DNA of 52,799 nucleotides, from IMG/VR virus record IMGVR_UViG_3300019889_000237, positions 1 to 52,799 of that record; one strand, written 5' to 3'. The stretch is from a virus (taxonomy: Duplodnaviria > Caudoviricetes). This document shows positions 36,100 to 45,533 of the stretch, piece after piece; the first letter of the stretch is position 1; the number at the start of each line of letters is the position of its first letter. Both the position numbers and the translations under genes were made by a program. The notes under the pieces are model-generated. The model saw only the letters and a list, made by a program, of their open reading frames with translations, was not told the DNA's origin and ran no database searches.

Positions 36100-36315
36100 G
36101 TGAAGACCGCGCCGCGCTGGTGGGCCGTGCCCGGTGGCCCGGACAACCGCAACTACCGACTGACCGACGGCGTGCAGCGCTGCCACCTGTGCAATGTGAT
36201 CGAGCAGCCGCTACGCGTCCCGTCGGGAGACGAGTACACCGATCGGGCCGCCGCGCACCTGGTGCACGGGGTCCGGGCACACCTGGACGCCACCTCGAAG
36301 GAATGGACCGCCTGA
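36100..36315 (+). CDS. Small C2H2-like protein
   Basis: CHLC...HLVH. Confidence 0.5.
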   Translation: MKTAPRWWAVPGGPDNRNYRLTDGVQRCHLCNVIEQPLRVPSGDEYTDRAAAHLVHGVRAHLDATSKEWTA

Positions 36316-36328
36316 CCCTGGACGCACG

Positions 36329-36365
36329 AAAAGAGCCCCCCTCCGCCAGTAGCGGAGGGGGGCTC
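36329..36365 (-). terminator. Intrinsic terminator at convergence of early and late arms
   Basis: 14-bp GC stem with AAAA on plus strand (U-tail for minus transcript). Confidence 0.82.
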
Positions 36366-36419
36366 AGTCGGCACGAGAGGACATCAAGCGCCAGGGCCCA
36401 GCGTACAGGCCGACGATGA

Positions 36420-36581
36420 TCAGGGAACGCGTCGAGGCCAGGTCGCCGGCAGGTTCATCGCGAGCACGGCGCAGGACAGGAACGTCAGGCCGAGCAAGGT
36501 CAGATCGATGCCGATCGCGCCACCCAGCGCGGCGACCAGGAAGCAGACGATGGCCAGGATGGCGAACACAATGGCGATCAT
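36420..36581 (-). CDS. Small two-TM membrane protein (lysis accessory?)
   Basis: MIAIVFAILAIVCFLVAALGG...; follows holin. Confidence 0.6.
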   Translation of the reverse strand: MIAIVFAILAIVCFLVAALGGAIGIDLTLLGLTFLSCAVLAMNLPATWPRRVP

Positions 36582-36584
36582 GGG

Positions 36585-36890
36585 CTAGTTCCTTCCGACG
36601 GTGACTGCGCCCGGACCCGCCTGGTAGGCGGCCAGGAATGTGAGCACCGGCGGGATCACCAGCAGGATCGCCGACTGCCAGAACGTGGGCAGAGTGCCGA
36701 GCAGGTCCGGGTTGGTCTGCATCGCGTTCAGGGTGGTGATGATGACGCCGACCAGCGCGCCGACGACGGTGGCCGCGATCGCCTTGGGCGACACGCCCTC
36801 GGTCTTCACGGCGGGCGCGGCGTGGTCCGGGTAGCCGGGGGTGGGGTCGGTCATGATGTCCTCCAGGGATTCGGGGAGCCGGCCCGTCAT
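36585..36890 (-). CDS. Holin-like protein
   Basis: Two TM helices directly after endolysin. Confidence 0.7.
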   Translation of the reverse strand: MTGRLPESLEDIMTDPTPGYPDHAAPAVKTEGVSPKAIAATVVGALVGVIITTLNAMQTNPDLLGTLPTFWQSAILLVIPPVLTFLAAYQAGPGAVTVGRN

Positions 36891-37726
36891 GACGACGGGC
36901 CGGGGGAGTTTGGGAGCTGGGCGCCCTTCGAGATGTCGCCGAGCATCACGTGCGAGCGGCGGTCGTACTCCTGCCAGGTGCCGTACTCAACCCACATGAC
37001 CGGGATGCCCAGCTTCGCGGCCTGCTCGTCGGTCGGGGTCTCCGTCGGGCCGAGCCCGACGAAGTTGAAGCCGGTCAACAGACCGGCGACGTACACAGCC
37101 CGGCTCTTGTCCGGCTGGCTCTTCAGGATCACAGAGGCGTCCTCTCGGGGGACCGACACGGGGGATGTCTTCGCAGGTGCAACGACCGCGGGGGGTGCGA
37201 GGTCGCGCCCGACCGCGCGGCGGAACTCGCCCATATCCCAGAACGCCGGATCGATCTTGCGGCCGGGCGCCCACTCCCGGTGCGCGATCGCGCGCGACGC
37301 GGGCAGCTTCAGGTAGCGGAGCAGCATGGCCACTCCGCGGGGGTAGCTCTCGCGCTGCGCCGCAGTCCAGTCGTCGCGGGTACCGACGCTCTCGGCTTCG
37401 ACGCCGATCAGGTGCGAGTTGCCCCCGCTCGGGCACCACGCGACGGATCCGGTGCCGGCATGCCAGGCCTGCCCGGCGGCGACCACGATCCACGTCCCGG
37501 CTCGGTCGAGGCCTAGGTTGCACAGCGGCCCGGCCAGTCCGATCCGGCCGTTGACGACCACCTTCTCCGACGGGTACAGGCCGCTAGCCGCCCCGGCGGT
37601 GTGATGGCAGACGACGCCGCGCACGTCGGCCATCGCGCCATGCCCACGGGTGCGCCACCCGACGACCTCCCGGACAGGGAGCCCACCGCCGCGTAGCGCG
37701 TCCGCGAGCCAGGTCATGTAGGGCAT
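36887..37726 (-). CDS. Endolysin, N-acetylmuramoyl-L-alanine amidase (Amidase_2)
   Basis: WLADAL, GWRTRGH, CHHTAG, AWHAG, IGVEAE, AHREW..RKIDP. Confidence 0.9.
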   Translation of the reverse strand: MPYMTWLADALRGGGLPVREVVGWRTRGHGAMADVRGVVCHHTAGAASGLYPSEKVVVNGRIGLAGPLCNLGLDRAGTWIVVAAGQAWHAGTGSVAWCPSGGNSHLIGVEAESVGTRDDWTAAQRESYPRGVAMLLRYLKLPASRAIAHREWAPGRKIDPAFWDMGEFRRAVGRDLAPPAVVAPAKTSPVSVPREDASVILKSQPDKSRAVYVAGLLTGFNFVGLGPTETPTDEQAAKLGIPVMWVEYGTWQEYDRRSHVMLGDISKGAQLPNSPGPSS

Positions 37727-37731
37727 TCGCC

Positions 37732-37938
37732 TTACTCCCGCTCGTCGTCGTCGGTCAGCTCGCCCGGGTCGCGGTCCTCGCACCAATCGTCGACCCGTGG
37801 CGGGACGTCGACGGGATCGTCGGGCGAGGTCGCGGGCATCATCTGCGTCGCCGAGATGTTCGCGGCGGGTGCGTTGGCGTCGTAGACCCAGCGGCCCTCG
37901 CGGTTCAAGCTCCAGTCCCCGATCGGACTCACCTCCAT
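37732..37938 (-). CDS. Small acidic protein
   Basis: ORF immediately upstream of lysin. Confidence 0.55.
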   Translation of the reverse strand: MEVSPIGDWSLNREGRWVYDANAPAANISATQMMPATSPDDPVDVPPRVDDWCEDRDPGELTDDDERE

Positions 37939-37940
37939 GG

Positions 37941-37983
37941 GCTCGGCGTCCGGCCGTCAGGGAGCGCCGGCCGGACGCCGAGC
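37941..37983. terminator. 16-bp perfect stem-loop
   Basis: GCTCGGCGTCCGGCCG / CGGCCGGACGCCGAGC. Confidence 0.65.
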
Positions 37984-38139
37984 TCAGCCGTGCTGATCGT
38001 TGTTCTTGTGCGCCTGCGCCTCGAGCAGGGCCACCCGCTCGGCGAGCTTGGTGTGATGCTCGGTCTGGCCGATCACGTAGGTCCAGAGCAGATGCAGATC
38101 TACGCGGGTGGCCGGTAGCAGGTCTCTCAGCCGTGCCAC
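37984..38139 (-). CDS. Small hypothetical protein
   Basis: RBS GGGGAG; LAERVALLE coiled coil. Confidence 0.45.
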   Translation of the reverse strand: MARLRDLLPATRVDLHLLWTYVIGQTEHHTKLAERVALLEAQAHKNNDQHG

Positions 38140-38334
38140 GGCCCGCTCCCCCGCGGTGCGACCTCTCGGCGGGGGAGCGCGATCTCACGGGAGCGCTGGA
38201 TCGGGATGCGTTGCATCAGCCGGTGCGCCCGGTCCTGCGAACGTCGGACCTCAGCCTCGCGCCGCTCGATCCGGTGGTCGTGGTGCACGGCGTAGGGCAA
38301 CAGGGCGGCGAACACCAGCCACCGCCGCATGGCT

Positions 38335-38487
38335 TCACAGTCGTGCACGCAACCACCTCCGGAGCTGGACCCACCACGGTGGGACGTAGCGCGGGCACTC
38401 GCAGACCAGGCACGGCCCGTGGTGGAACAGGTGTGCGTCGCGCCGGTGATGGCACGACACGCAGCGCCAGCCCCAGCGCACGTTCAT
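38335..38487 (-). CDS. Small Cys/His-rich protein
   Basis: ATGA overlap with sortase stop; CVSCHH...H...CLVCEC. Confidence 0.55.
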   Translation of the reverse strand: MNVRWGWRCVSCHHRRDAHLFHHGPCLVCECPRYVPPWWVQLRRWLRARL

Positions 38488-39086
38488 GACGCCAGGTCAG
38501 CCCAGACGATCTCGTTGGAGACGTAGTGCCCGGACTGGCGGTCGAACTCGCCGCCGCAGGTGATCAGCCGCAGCGTCGGTGTCTCGGTCTTGAGGTAAAC
38601 GTCCTCGGTCGGGAATGCGGCCTTCGGGAACGAGGCGACCGCGCTGACCACGAACCGCAGCCGTGACTCGTCCTTGCGGTCGATCAGGATCTCGTCGCCG
38701 GGCACCAGCTCGCCGAGGCGCGCGAAGATGCCGGGGAAGCCCTTGCGGCCGTCCGGCCCGATGCCGTCGACGTGCCCAGCGATGACGGCCGGACCGTTCT
38801 CGCCCGGCTGGTACTCGTCCCCGTCGAACGCCGGGTCCCGCCCGGCGTACCAGCCCGCAAGTAGTGGCTGGTCGACCGGCGGCGGGATCAGCTCGTTGTT
38901 CTCGTCGATGGTCAGCGGGATCAGGTTCGACTCGGCCCCGATCTTCGGGATGATGATCGCGCTGGGGTCGGGCGTCGGGATCTCGTCGACCACGACCGGC
39001 GGCGGCTCACGCGGCGGGTCAGCGACGAACTCGGTACCGCACCCCGCGAGGAGCGCGGCACCGAGCATCAGGGCGGTCAGTCTCAC
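38484..39086 (-). CDS. Class F sortase with lipoprotein signal
   Basis: LAGC lipobox; IPKIG, AGWY, AVIAGHVD, FARL..L.PGDEI, LRLITCGG, Y..N.IVWA. Confidence 0.9.
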   Translation of the reverse strand: MRLTALMLGAALLAGCGTEFVADPPREPPPVVVDEIPTPDPSAIIIPKIGAESNLIPLTIDENNELIPPPVDQPLLAGWYAGRDPAFDGDEYQPGENGPAVIAGHVDGIGPDGRKGFPGIFARLGELVPGDEILIDRKDESRLRFVVSAVASFPKAAFPTEDVYLKTETPTLRLITCGGEFDRQSGHYVSNEIVWADLAS

Positions 39087-39673
39087 GCAGGCCCGCCGCC
39101 GGTGTTCACGCCGCCGGACGGGATGACGACCTCGTCGTCGTTGCCGACGATGACGTCCTCCTCGCAGGCCACGCCGTCGTCATCGCTGTCGAGGTCGTTC
39201 GGGTCGTTCCGGTCGGCGTCGAGGATGCGCTGGGCTTCCTCGTCCGAGACCTCGTCGCAGTCGACGTCGTCGTCCGGAGCCGGTGTCGCCGGCGTGGTGG
39301 TCACGGTGGACGTCGGCGCCGGGTCGTCGCACTTGTCCTTGCGCTTCTCGACGGCGTCGACGTACTTGCGGTCGAGACGATCGATCCGACCCTTCAGCGC
39401 GTCCAGGCCAACGCGCTCCGCTCCGCTGATCTTGACCTCGCCGTCGATCACGACGGTGATATCTCCGACCGTGATGGTGGTCGCGTCGCGTGCCTCGGCG
39501 GCGAGACGGACCCGCTCTCGGTCGTCCTTGGCTGAGCGGAGGTCGGTGAGCGCGTTGCCCTCGGCGATCCGGGCCTTATCGCACGCGTTGCTGTCGTCCT
39601 GCGCCAGGGCGGGGGACGCGGTCAGCACGGACAGCGCCAGGACGGCGCCGGCCAGTAGAGCGGTTCGATTCAT
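39083..39673 (-). CDS. Secreted protein with Excalibur-like Ca-binding motif; candidate sortase F substrate
   Basis: Sec signal ending ALA; DCDE..EAQ..LDSDDDGVACE; C-terminal PSGGVNTGGG. Confidence 0.78.
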   Translation of the reverse strand: MNRTALLAGAVLALSVLTASPALAQDDSNACDKARIAEGNALTDLRSAKDDRERVRLAAEARDATTITVGDITVVIDGEVKISGAERVGLDALKGRIDRLDRKYVDAVEKRKDKCDDPAPTSTVTTTPATPAPDDDVDCDEVSDEEAQRILDADRNDPNDLDSDDDGVACEEDVIVGNDDEVVIPSGGVNTGGGPA

Positions 39674-39715
39674 GGTCTCTCCTTGGGGGCGACGTCCTTC
39701 ACAGAGAAGGACGCG

Positions 39716-40075
39716 TCAGCGCGCGCAGCGTTGTGTGGGGATGGGGTTGGTCGATCTTGTTCGGTCGGCCTCGTCCAGCTGCGCGAGGTATCGGTCCAGC
39801 ACCGCACGACCCTCGTCGGGGGAGGCTGCGCGGTCGGTCAGTAGTTCTCGCTGCGCCTGCCGGTCGGTGCGTCCGGCCTGCGCGGCGACGCCCAGGTAGG
39901 TAACGACCTCGTCGAGCAGGCCCTGATAGCACTCGTTCACCTGGCGCTGCGCCTGCACGTTCGTCACGAGAAACAGGGAGAGCAACACCACGATGAGGGT
40001 GTCCACGGCGAGCACGGCGACGGTGGCGATGCGCAGCCCGTCCACCTGCGTACGGGTCGATTCGGGATCAACCAT
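39716..40075 (-). CDS. Membrane protein
   Basis: One TM helix plus helical ectodomain with 2 Cys. Confidence 0.65.
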   Translation of the reverse strand: MVDPESTRTQVDGLRIATVAVLAVDTLIVVLLSLFLVTNVQAQRQVNECYQGLLDEVVTYLGVAAQAGRTDRQAQRELLTDRAASPDEGRAVLDRYLAQLDEADRTRSTNPIPTQRCAR

Positions 40076-40811
40076 CGAGCAACCCTCCGTCGGGGTCGGG
40101 CGGGATCGGCTCGCCGGTGGACGTGACGCAGCCGAGGCCGGTCTCGCCGCTGGCGAACTCGACCGTCTGGAGCGTGCTGCCGTCCGGGCAGGTTGGTCCG
40201 GGATCGCCCTGCTCGCCTTCCGGTCCTTGCTCGCCCTGCGGCCCCATCGGTCCGGCCGGGCCGGGGATCGACTCGCCCGGCTGCCCGGGCTGGCCATCGA
40301 CGCCGGCCGGCCCAGCGCTGCCATCGCTCCCGGGCTGGCCGTCCGCGCCCGGCTGGCCCTGCGGTCCCATCGGGCCGGGGACCGTGGAGTCCGCGCCCGG
40401 CTGGCCGTCCGCGCCCGGCTCTCCCGGGTCGCCCTTCGGCCCAACGATCGACTCGCCGGCCGGCCCGCGCTCGCCGGCTGGGCCGGGGATCGGAGCGCTC
40501 TGCGCCTCGGCCCCGCGCTGGCAGAGGTTCTGACCCGCGGGCGTCTGGACGACGTCGCCGCGTGTGCACGCGGCGGTCACGGACTGGCCGAGATCCTGGT
40601 ACTGCTGGGCCGTGGTGCCGAGTTGGTCCTCGACGCTGCCGGCGCTCTGGGTGAGCCACACGCCGAATCCCACGAGCAACAGACCGATGACCACGATGAT
40701 CGCGATCCACCAGCGGGACGCCGGACGCTCGTCGTCCTTGCGGTGCATGCCATCGACCAGCGCCGGGTCAGGGGGTGGCGCGATGGCTAGCCCGTTCCGG
40801 TGCTGGCCCAT
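40068..40811 (-). CDS. Membrane-anchored collagen-like protein
   Basis: TM helix, interrupted Gly-X-Y repeats, terminal Cys pair. Confidence 0.8.
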   Translation of the reverse strand: MGQHRNGLAIAPPPDPALVDGMHRKDDERPASRWWIAIIVVIGLLLVGFGVWLTQSAGSVEDQLGTTAQQYQDLGQSVTAACTRGDVVQTPAGQNLCQRGAEAQSAPIPGPAGERGPAGESIVGPKGDPGEPGADGQPGADSTVPGPMGPQGQPGADGQPGSDGSAGPAGVDGQPGQPGESIPGPAGPMGPQGEQGPEGEQGDPGPTCPDGSTLQTVEFASGETGLGCVTSTGEPIPPDPDGGLLDG

Positions 40812-41061
40812 CCTCGTCCTCGTCCTTCTCCAGGATCTCAGGTCGCTCGGGAACGCGCAGTCCGCGTTGGGCGAGTTCGGTCTCCAGGGTGAAGATGTGC
40901 GCGACGGCGGCGACGAACTTCCGTTGCAGCTCGCGGTACCCGCGCCGCACCGATCGGGAGTCCTCGGAGACCCTCCTCGATCTGGTGGCCAGCACGGCGG
41001 CGAGCCCGGCGAGAAGCCCGGTCAGCCCCGTAAAGACAGCCGAGATCACCTCGACGGACAT
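40768..41061 (-). CDS. Membrane protein with coiled coil
   Basis: N-terminal TM; RBS AGGAGG. Confidence 0.65.
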   Translation of the reverse strand: MSVEVISAVFTGLTGLLAGLAAVLATRSRRVSEDSRSVRRGYRELQRKFVAAVAHIFTLETELAQRGLRVPERPEILEKDEDEDGPAPERASHRATP

Positions 41062-41083
41062 GAGCGGCTCCGGCTTCTTCCTC

Positions 41084-42814
41084 CTACACGATCGGTTCTC
41101 CCGCGCGCAGCTGGCCGACCGCCACTGGCCTGCCCGCGCTCATCCCTCCCACGGTGACCGGCTCGGCCGCGTGGTAGCGGCCGAGCGCGAGCGGTTCCCC
41201 CGACCAGAGGTCTCCCCCGACTCGCGCCCGGCCTATCCCGGTAACGAGCGCGGCGGCCCCACCGGTACGCACGTGCACGGCCGCGTGGATGACCTCGACG
41301 AGCGCGATGCCGACACAGCTCGCCGCCGCGCCGCCGGCCTTGCTGAACACCTCGGCGGGGTCGATGTCGACGGCGGCCGTGCCAGCGCCGGTGGCCACCG
41401 CACCGCCGGTCCTGGCGTGCACGGCGGGGACGTGGTGCTCCAGCTCGCCGGTACCGGCGCCGCACACCGCCGCGCCGCCGGAGAGCGCGTGCACGGCGGG
41501 TGGGACGAGGGCAGCGGAGCCGCTGCCGCCCCCGAGCGCAGCGGCCCCGCCTGTCTTGATGCGAACGAACTCGCGCGCCCCGGCACCGGTCGCCTCGACG
41601 GCCGCGCCGCCGGAGAGCGCGTGCACGGCGGGATGCTGGATCTCGAGAACGCCGGAGCCCGCCCCGGACGCGGCTGCACCGCCGGTCCGGACGATGGTCC
41701 CGGCGGTGTCGTGCACGGCCTCGCCGACGCCAGCACCGAGCGCCGCCGCGCCGCCAGCCCGGTCGTAGACCGCGGCCGGGACGACGTCGCGCGTGCCCGC
41801 GCCGGCGGACGCCGCCGCGCCGCCGCCGGTGTACGAGCGGACGAGACTGCGTGCGCCGGAGCCCGCGCCGGTGGCTGCCGCGCCTCCGGCCTTGTCGTAG
41901 ATGGTGACCGCGTCGAGCTCGGCCTCGCCGGAGCCCGCCGCGTCGGCCGCTGCGCCGCCGGTCCGGTCGTACGTCGTGGGGTGCTCGACGTCCTGCGCAC
42001 CAGAGCCGGCACCGAGCGCAGCTGCACCGCCTGCCTTGTCGTAGGTCGTGGCCGTGTCGTGCACGCTCGCGCCCGAGCCTGCGGACGCCGCCGCTGCCCC
42101 GCCGGTCCTGGGGTTGGTCGCGTTGACGACCCTCTCGCCCGAGCCCGCGGAGAGCAGCGCCGCGCCGCCGGCCTTGTCGTAGGTGGCCGGATGCGTGACC
42201 GTGCTCGTACCAGAGCCTGCGCTCGTGGCGACTGCACCGCCGGTCTTCGCGTGCGTCTCGTGCTCGTCGAACACCTTCGCGCCGGAGCCGGCTCCGAGCG
42301 CGGCTGCGCCGCCGGTCTTCGCGTAGATCGTGAACGTCGTGAAGGTGACGTAGGCGTCGATCGGACCCGTGCTGCTGGCGACCGGGGTGCCGTACGGAGT
42401 GGGCAGCGTCGGCCCGGCCGTGACGGCCTGCTGGCGAGTCATGGCGGCCGTGTTGTCCCGGGAGACGACCACGGACGGTGTGCCCGGGTCATTCCAGGCC
42501 GGGCCGATCCAGTACGGCACGCCGTTGGTGACGGTGATGATGTTGGCGCCGGAGAACGTGAAGACGCGTTCGGCCTCGGAGGTCGCCGTGAGCGTGAGCG
42601 TGTCGGACTGCGCGAGCAGCGCGCCCGGCTCACCCGTGCTGTCCGCGTAGATCGCGAACCGGCACGTCGTCGTGCCGGCAGCGTCGAGCGAGATCCGGGC
42701 GTGGCCGGTGACTACCGGGCCGGTCGCGCTCGGTGTTGCTTGGGAGACCCAGACCCGGGGGGCGCTCGACGCGCTGGTGTTGATGCCGTCGGTGGTCTTG
42801 CCGAAGGTGGCCAC
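41084..42814 (-). CDS. Tail fibre-like protein with (K/R)(T/A)GGAAA.GAGSG repeats
   Basis: N-terminal beta domain followed by repeats of about 26 aa; tail module. Confidence 0.72.
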   Translation of the reverse strand: MATFGKTTDGINTSASSAPRVWVSQATPSATGPVVTGHARISLDAAGTTTCRFAIYADSTGEPGALLAQSDTLTLTATSEAERVFTFSGANIITVTNGVPYWIGPAWNDPGTPSVVVSRDNTAAMTRQQAVTAGPTLPTPYGTPVASSTGPIDAYVTFTTFTIYAKTGGAAALGAGSGAKVFDEHETHAKTGGAVATSAGSGTSTVTHPATYDKAGGAALLSAGSGERVVNATNPRTGGAAAASAGSGASVHDTATTYDKAGGAAALGAGSGAQDVEHPTTYDRTGGAAADAAGSGEAELDAVTIYDKAGGAAATGAGSGARSLVRSYTGGGAAASAGAGTRDVVPAAVYDRAGGAAALGAGVGEAVHDTAGTIVRTGGAAASGAGSGVLEIQHPAVHALSGGAAVEATGAGAREFVRIKTGGAAALGGGSGSAALVPPAVHALSGGAAVCGAGTGELEHHVPAVHARTGGAVATGAGTAAVDIDPAEVFSKAGGAAASCVGIALVEVIHAAVHVRTGGAAALVTGIGRARVGGDLWSGEPLALGRYHAAEPVTVGGMSAGRPVAVGQLRAGEPIV

Positions 42815-42819
42815 CGGGT

Positions 42820-45501
42820 CTACCTCCGTACCGGGGTGCCGGAGCTGAACTGGCCGATGGCGACCGGCACGCCGGAGCGCATCCGTCCACCTCGTCGCCC
42901 GCGGCCGGAGCCCACGCCGAGCACGGCGCCGCCCCCCGCCTTCGCGTGGTCCGCGGGATGGATGACCTCAACCAGGCCGATCCCGGCGACCAGCACCGCC
43001 GCGCCACCGGTCCGGACGTAGACCGTGGCCGACGTCCGGTCCTGGATCCCAGCGCCGGCGCCGGTCGTGCTCGCGCCGCCGGTCTTCGCGTGCACCAAGG
43101 CGGGCGTCAGATCGACGGAGCCGGAGCCGGCACCGCGCACGGTGGCGCCGCCGGTGCGGTCGTGCCGGACGGCAGGGACGTGCTCAGCGGTCCCTGATCC
43201 GGCCACTGACGCGCTCGCGCCGCCGACGCGGGTGTGGACTACCGCCGATGCGATCGTGTACCCGCCGGATCCGGCCGTCGTCGTCGTCGCGCCACCGGTG
43301 CGGGGGTAGACGTCCGGGTGCTGGGATTCTCGTGCGCCGACCCCGGCGCCCACGCCCACCGCGCCGCCGCCCTTGCTGTACTCGACACCGCCGCCGGTCT
43401 GGCGCAGGCCGGAGCTCGCGCTGCGAGCTGCGCCGCCGCCGGTCCGGACGTAGACGGTGGCCGAGGTGACGCTCTGCGCGCCCGACCCGGCGGTGACACG
43501 GGCGGCGCCGCCGGTCTTCTCGTGTCGGGCAGCCGAGACGAGCTCGACGGCACCGGACCCGGCAGCACCGGCAGCGGCACCGCCGAACTCGGCGTGGATG
43601 GTAGCGGGTGTGCGCACCTTCGCGCCGGCGCTCGCACCGCGCGCGGCGGCGCCGCCGGTGCGGACGTAGGTCGTGGCCGAGGTGACAGCCTTCGCTCCGG
43701 ATCCTGCGCTGGTGCGGGCCGCTCCGCCGGTCCTGGCGTACACGGCAGGCACCGAGACGGTCTTCGCGCCCGATCCTGCGCTGACGCGGACTGCGCCGCC
43801 GGTCTTGCTGTAGGTCGTGGGGTTCGTGACCGTCTTCGCGCCAGACCCCGCACAGCGCGCCGCTGCGCCACCGGTCTTGTCGTGGGTCGTGCCGGACGGG
43901 TCGTCGTCGGCCGGTTCGAGGACCTCCAGGAACGAGATCTTGGCGATGCCCTCGCCGGACGACCCGGACGCGATCGTGGTCTTGTGGTACGCCCCGCACT
44001 TGTAGTACCAGCCCGACTGGTCGGTGAAGTCCGAGATCGGCCAGTCGTACTGCGGCGAGGCGAGCGGCGCCAGGTCACTGACCTCGCCCGCGACGCCCCA
44101 GACCTTGAGCCGATCGTCCTCGATCCGGATCCGGAACGTGAGCCGCGTGCTGGTCGTGATGCCCGTGATGAGGTTCGCCAGCCCGGGGCCGTTCTTGAAG
44201 ATCCGTACACGCGGCGTGACCGGGCTACCGCCCGACGTCCACTCGGCCGACAGGATCAGCGGAATGGGGCTGTCGCCCGCGCCGTGGATCTGGGAGATGA
44301 TCAGTTCCTTGCGCGGGTTCGAGCCGCCGGTGATGCTCGTCGGATCCGCACTGGTGGTGATGGTCATCTGCCAGCGACCGGACCCGTTCGGGTCCATCGC
44401 CGCGTTGGCGTAGCCGCTCTTGTAGTGCTGGCGCAGCTCCATGCGGACGGCGCCGGACGCGCCCGAGGTGGTGAACCCGTCGACCGGCGCGACGCAGTTC
44501 ACGAACCCGTCGTCATCGACGAAGAACCCGGCGGACTCGAAGCTGTCGAGCGCGGGCTGGTTGATCTGCTCGGCGTCGCCGTCGCCCGAGTCCTCCGGCG
44601 TGGTCAGGTGCCAGTACGACAGGTCGAGGACATCGCTGGGTAGCTGGTCCGGCGGGACGTTGATGACCGACTTCGCTCCGGAGCCTGCGCTGGTGCGGGC
44701 CGCTCCGCCGGTCTTCGGGTTCGTCTTGCCGATCGCCTTCGCGCCCGACCCGGCTCCGGTGCGCACGGCGCCGCCGGCCTTGTCGACGAAGTTGGCCGGC
44801 AGGACCGACTTCGAGCCCGACCCGGCGCTGGATCGTGCCGCCCCGCCTGCCTTCGAGTAGGTCGTGCCGGAGGGCACGGGGAGCAGGGCGACGAGATGCG
44901 CCGTCTTCGTGAAGCTCTGCGTCGTCGTGGTCGTGACCGACCCCGACGCACCGGCCACTGCTTGAGCCTTGCGAGCCGCGTGCACCAGCCGCGAGGCGGG
45001 CGCCCCGGCCGGGGCCGACGCGGTGAACGTGCTCGGCGTCGTCCAGGTGGTGACGTCGTACGTGCCCGCCAGCCACACGAGCAGCCGGTCCGCCCCGGTC
45101 GTGGTGACCGACACGGCCGGCGACGCGGTGACGCTCGTGCCGCCGCTGGTCGCACCGCTGAAGACATCGATCGGGTCTCCGGAGGTGACGCAGCCACGGA
45201 ACGCCATGGCGAACCCGGTCCGCCACACCGACCCCGTCCAGGTGAACGAGTACGTACCGCTGTCCGCGCCGGTGGCCCGCTTCCAGAACACGTAGGTGTC
45301 GTGGTCCTGGCTGCCGGTCGCGGCCTGATGCGATTTCTCGATGAACCCGGACGGCGGGGTGACCGCCGCCGTGTTCTCCTTGTAGACGATCACCAGGATG
45401 ACGTCGTTGGCCTGTACCCCGGCTGGCACGGCGACCGCCGCGCTGGCGCCGCTGGCCTCGGTGAGGTAGGTGCCTGCGGCGACGAACGTGGGTACCGCCA
45501 C
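42820..45501 (-). CDS. Tail fibre-like protein with embedded PL7 (alginate lyase-like) domain
   Basis: Same repeats; LDLSYWHLTTP, RMELRQ, QIH, YYKCGAY. Confidence 0.82.
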   Translation of the reverse strand: MAVPTFVAAGTYLTEASGASAAVAVPAGVQANDVILVIVYKENTAAVTPPSGFIEKSHQAATGSQDHDTYVFWKRATGADSGTYSFTWTGSVWRTGFAMAFRGCVTSGDPIDVFSGATSGGTSVTASPAVSVTTTGADRLLVWLAGTYDVTTWTTPSTFTASAPAGAPASRLVHAARKAQAVAGASGSVTTTTTQSFTKTAHLVALLPVPSGTTYSKAGGAARSSAGSGSKSVLPANFVDKAGGAVRTGAGSGAKAIGKTNPKTGGAARTSAGSGAKSVINVPPDQLPSDVLDLSYWHLTTPEDSGDGDAEQINQPALDSFESAGFFVDDDGFVNCVAPVDGFTTSGASGAVRMELRQHYKSGYANAAMDPNGSGRWQMTITTSADPTSITGGSNPRKELIISQIHGAGDSPIPLILSAEWTSGGSPVTPRVRIFKNGPGLANLITGITTSTRLTFRIRIEDDRLKVWGVAGEVSDLAPLASPQYDWPISDFTDQSGWYYKCGAYHKTTIASGSSGEGIAKISFLEVLEPADDDPSGTTHDKTGGAAARCAGSGAKTVTNPTTYSKTGGAVRVSAGSGAKTVSVPAVYARTGGAARTSAGSGAKAVTSATTYVRTGGAAARGASAGAKVRTPATIHAEFGGAAAGAAGSGAVELVSAARHEKTGGAARVTAGSGAQSVTSATVYVRTGGGAARSASSGLRQTGGGVEYSKGGGAVGVGAGVGARESQHPDVYPRTGGATTTTAGSGGYTIASAVVHTRVGGASASVAGSGTAEHVPAVRHDRTGGATVRGAGSGSVDLTPALVHAKTGGASTTGAGAGIQDRTSATVYVRTGGAAVLVAGIGLVEVIHPADHAKAGGGAVLGVGSGRGRRGGRMRSGVPVAIGQFSSGTPVRR

Positions 45502-45533
45502 GCGTCACCGCCCTCCCGCTGGATCGACCTCGG

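Noticed and set aside
36887-38188. 433-aa extended endolysin
   Set aside because: The upstream 154 codons overlap other small ORFs and a hairpin; amidase similarity begins at 37726
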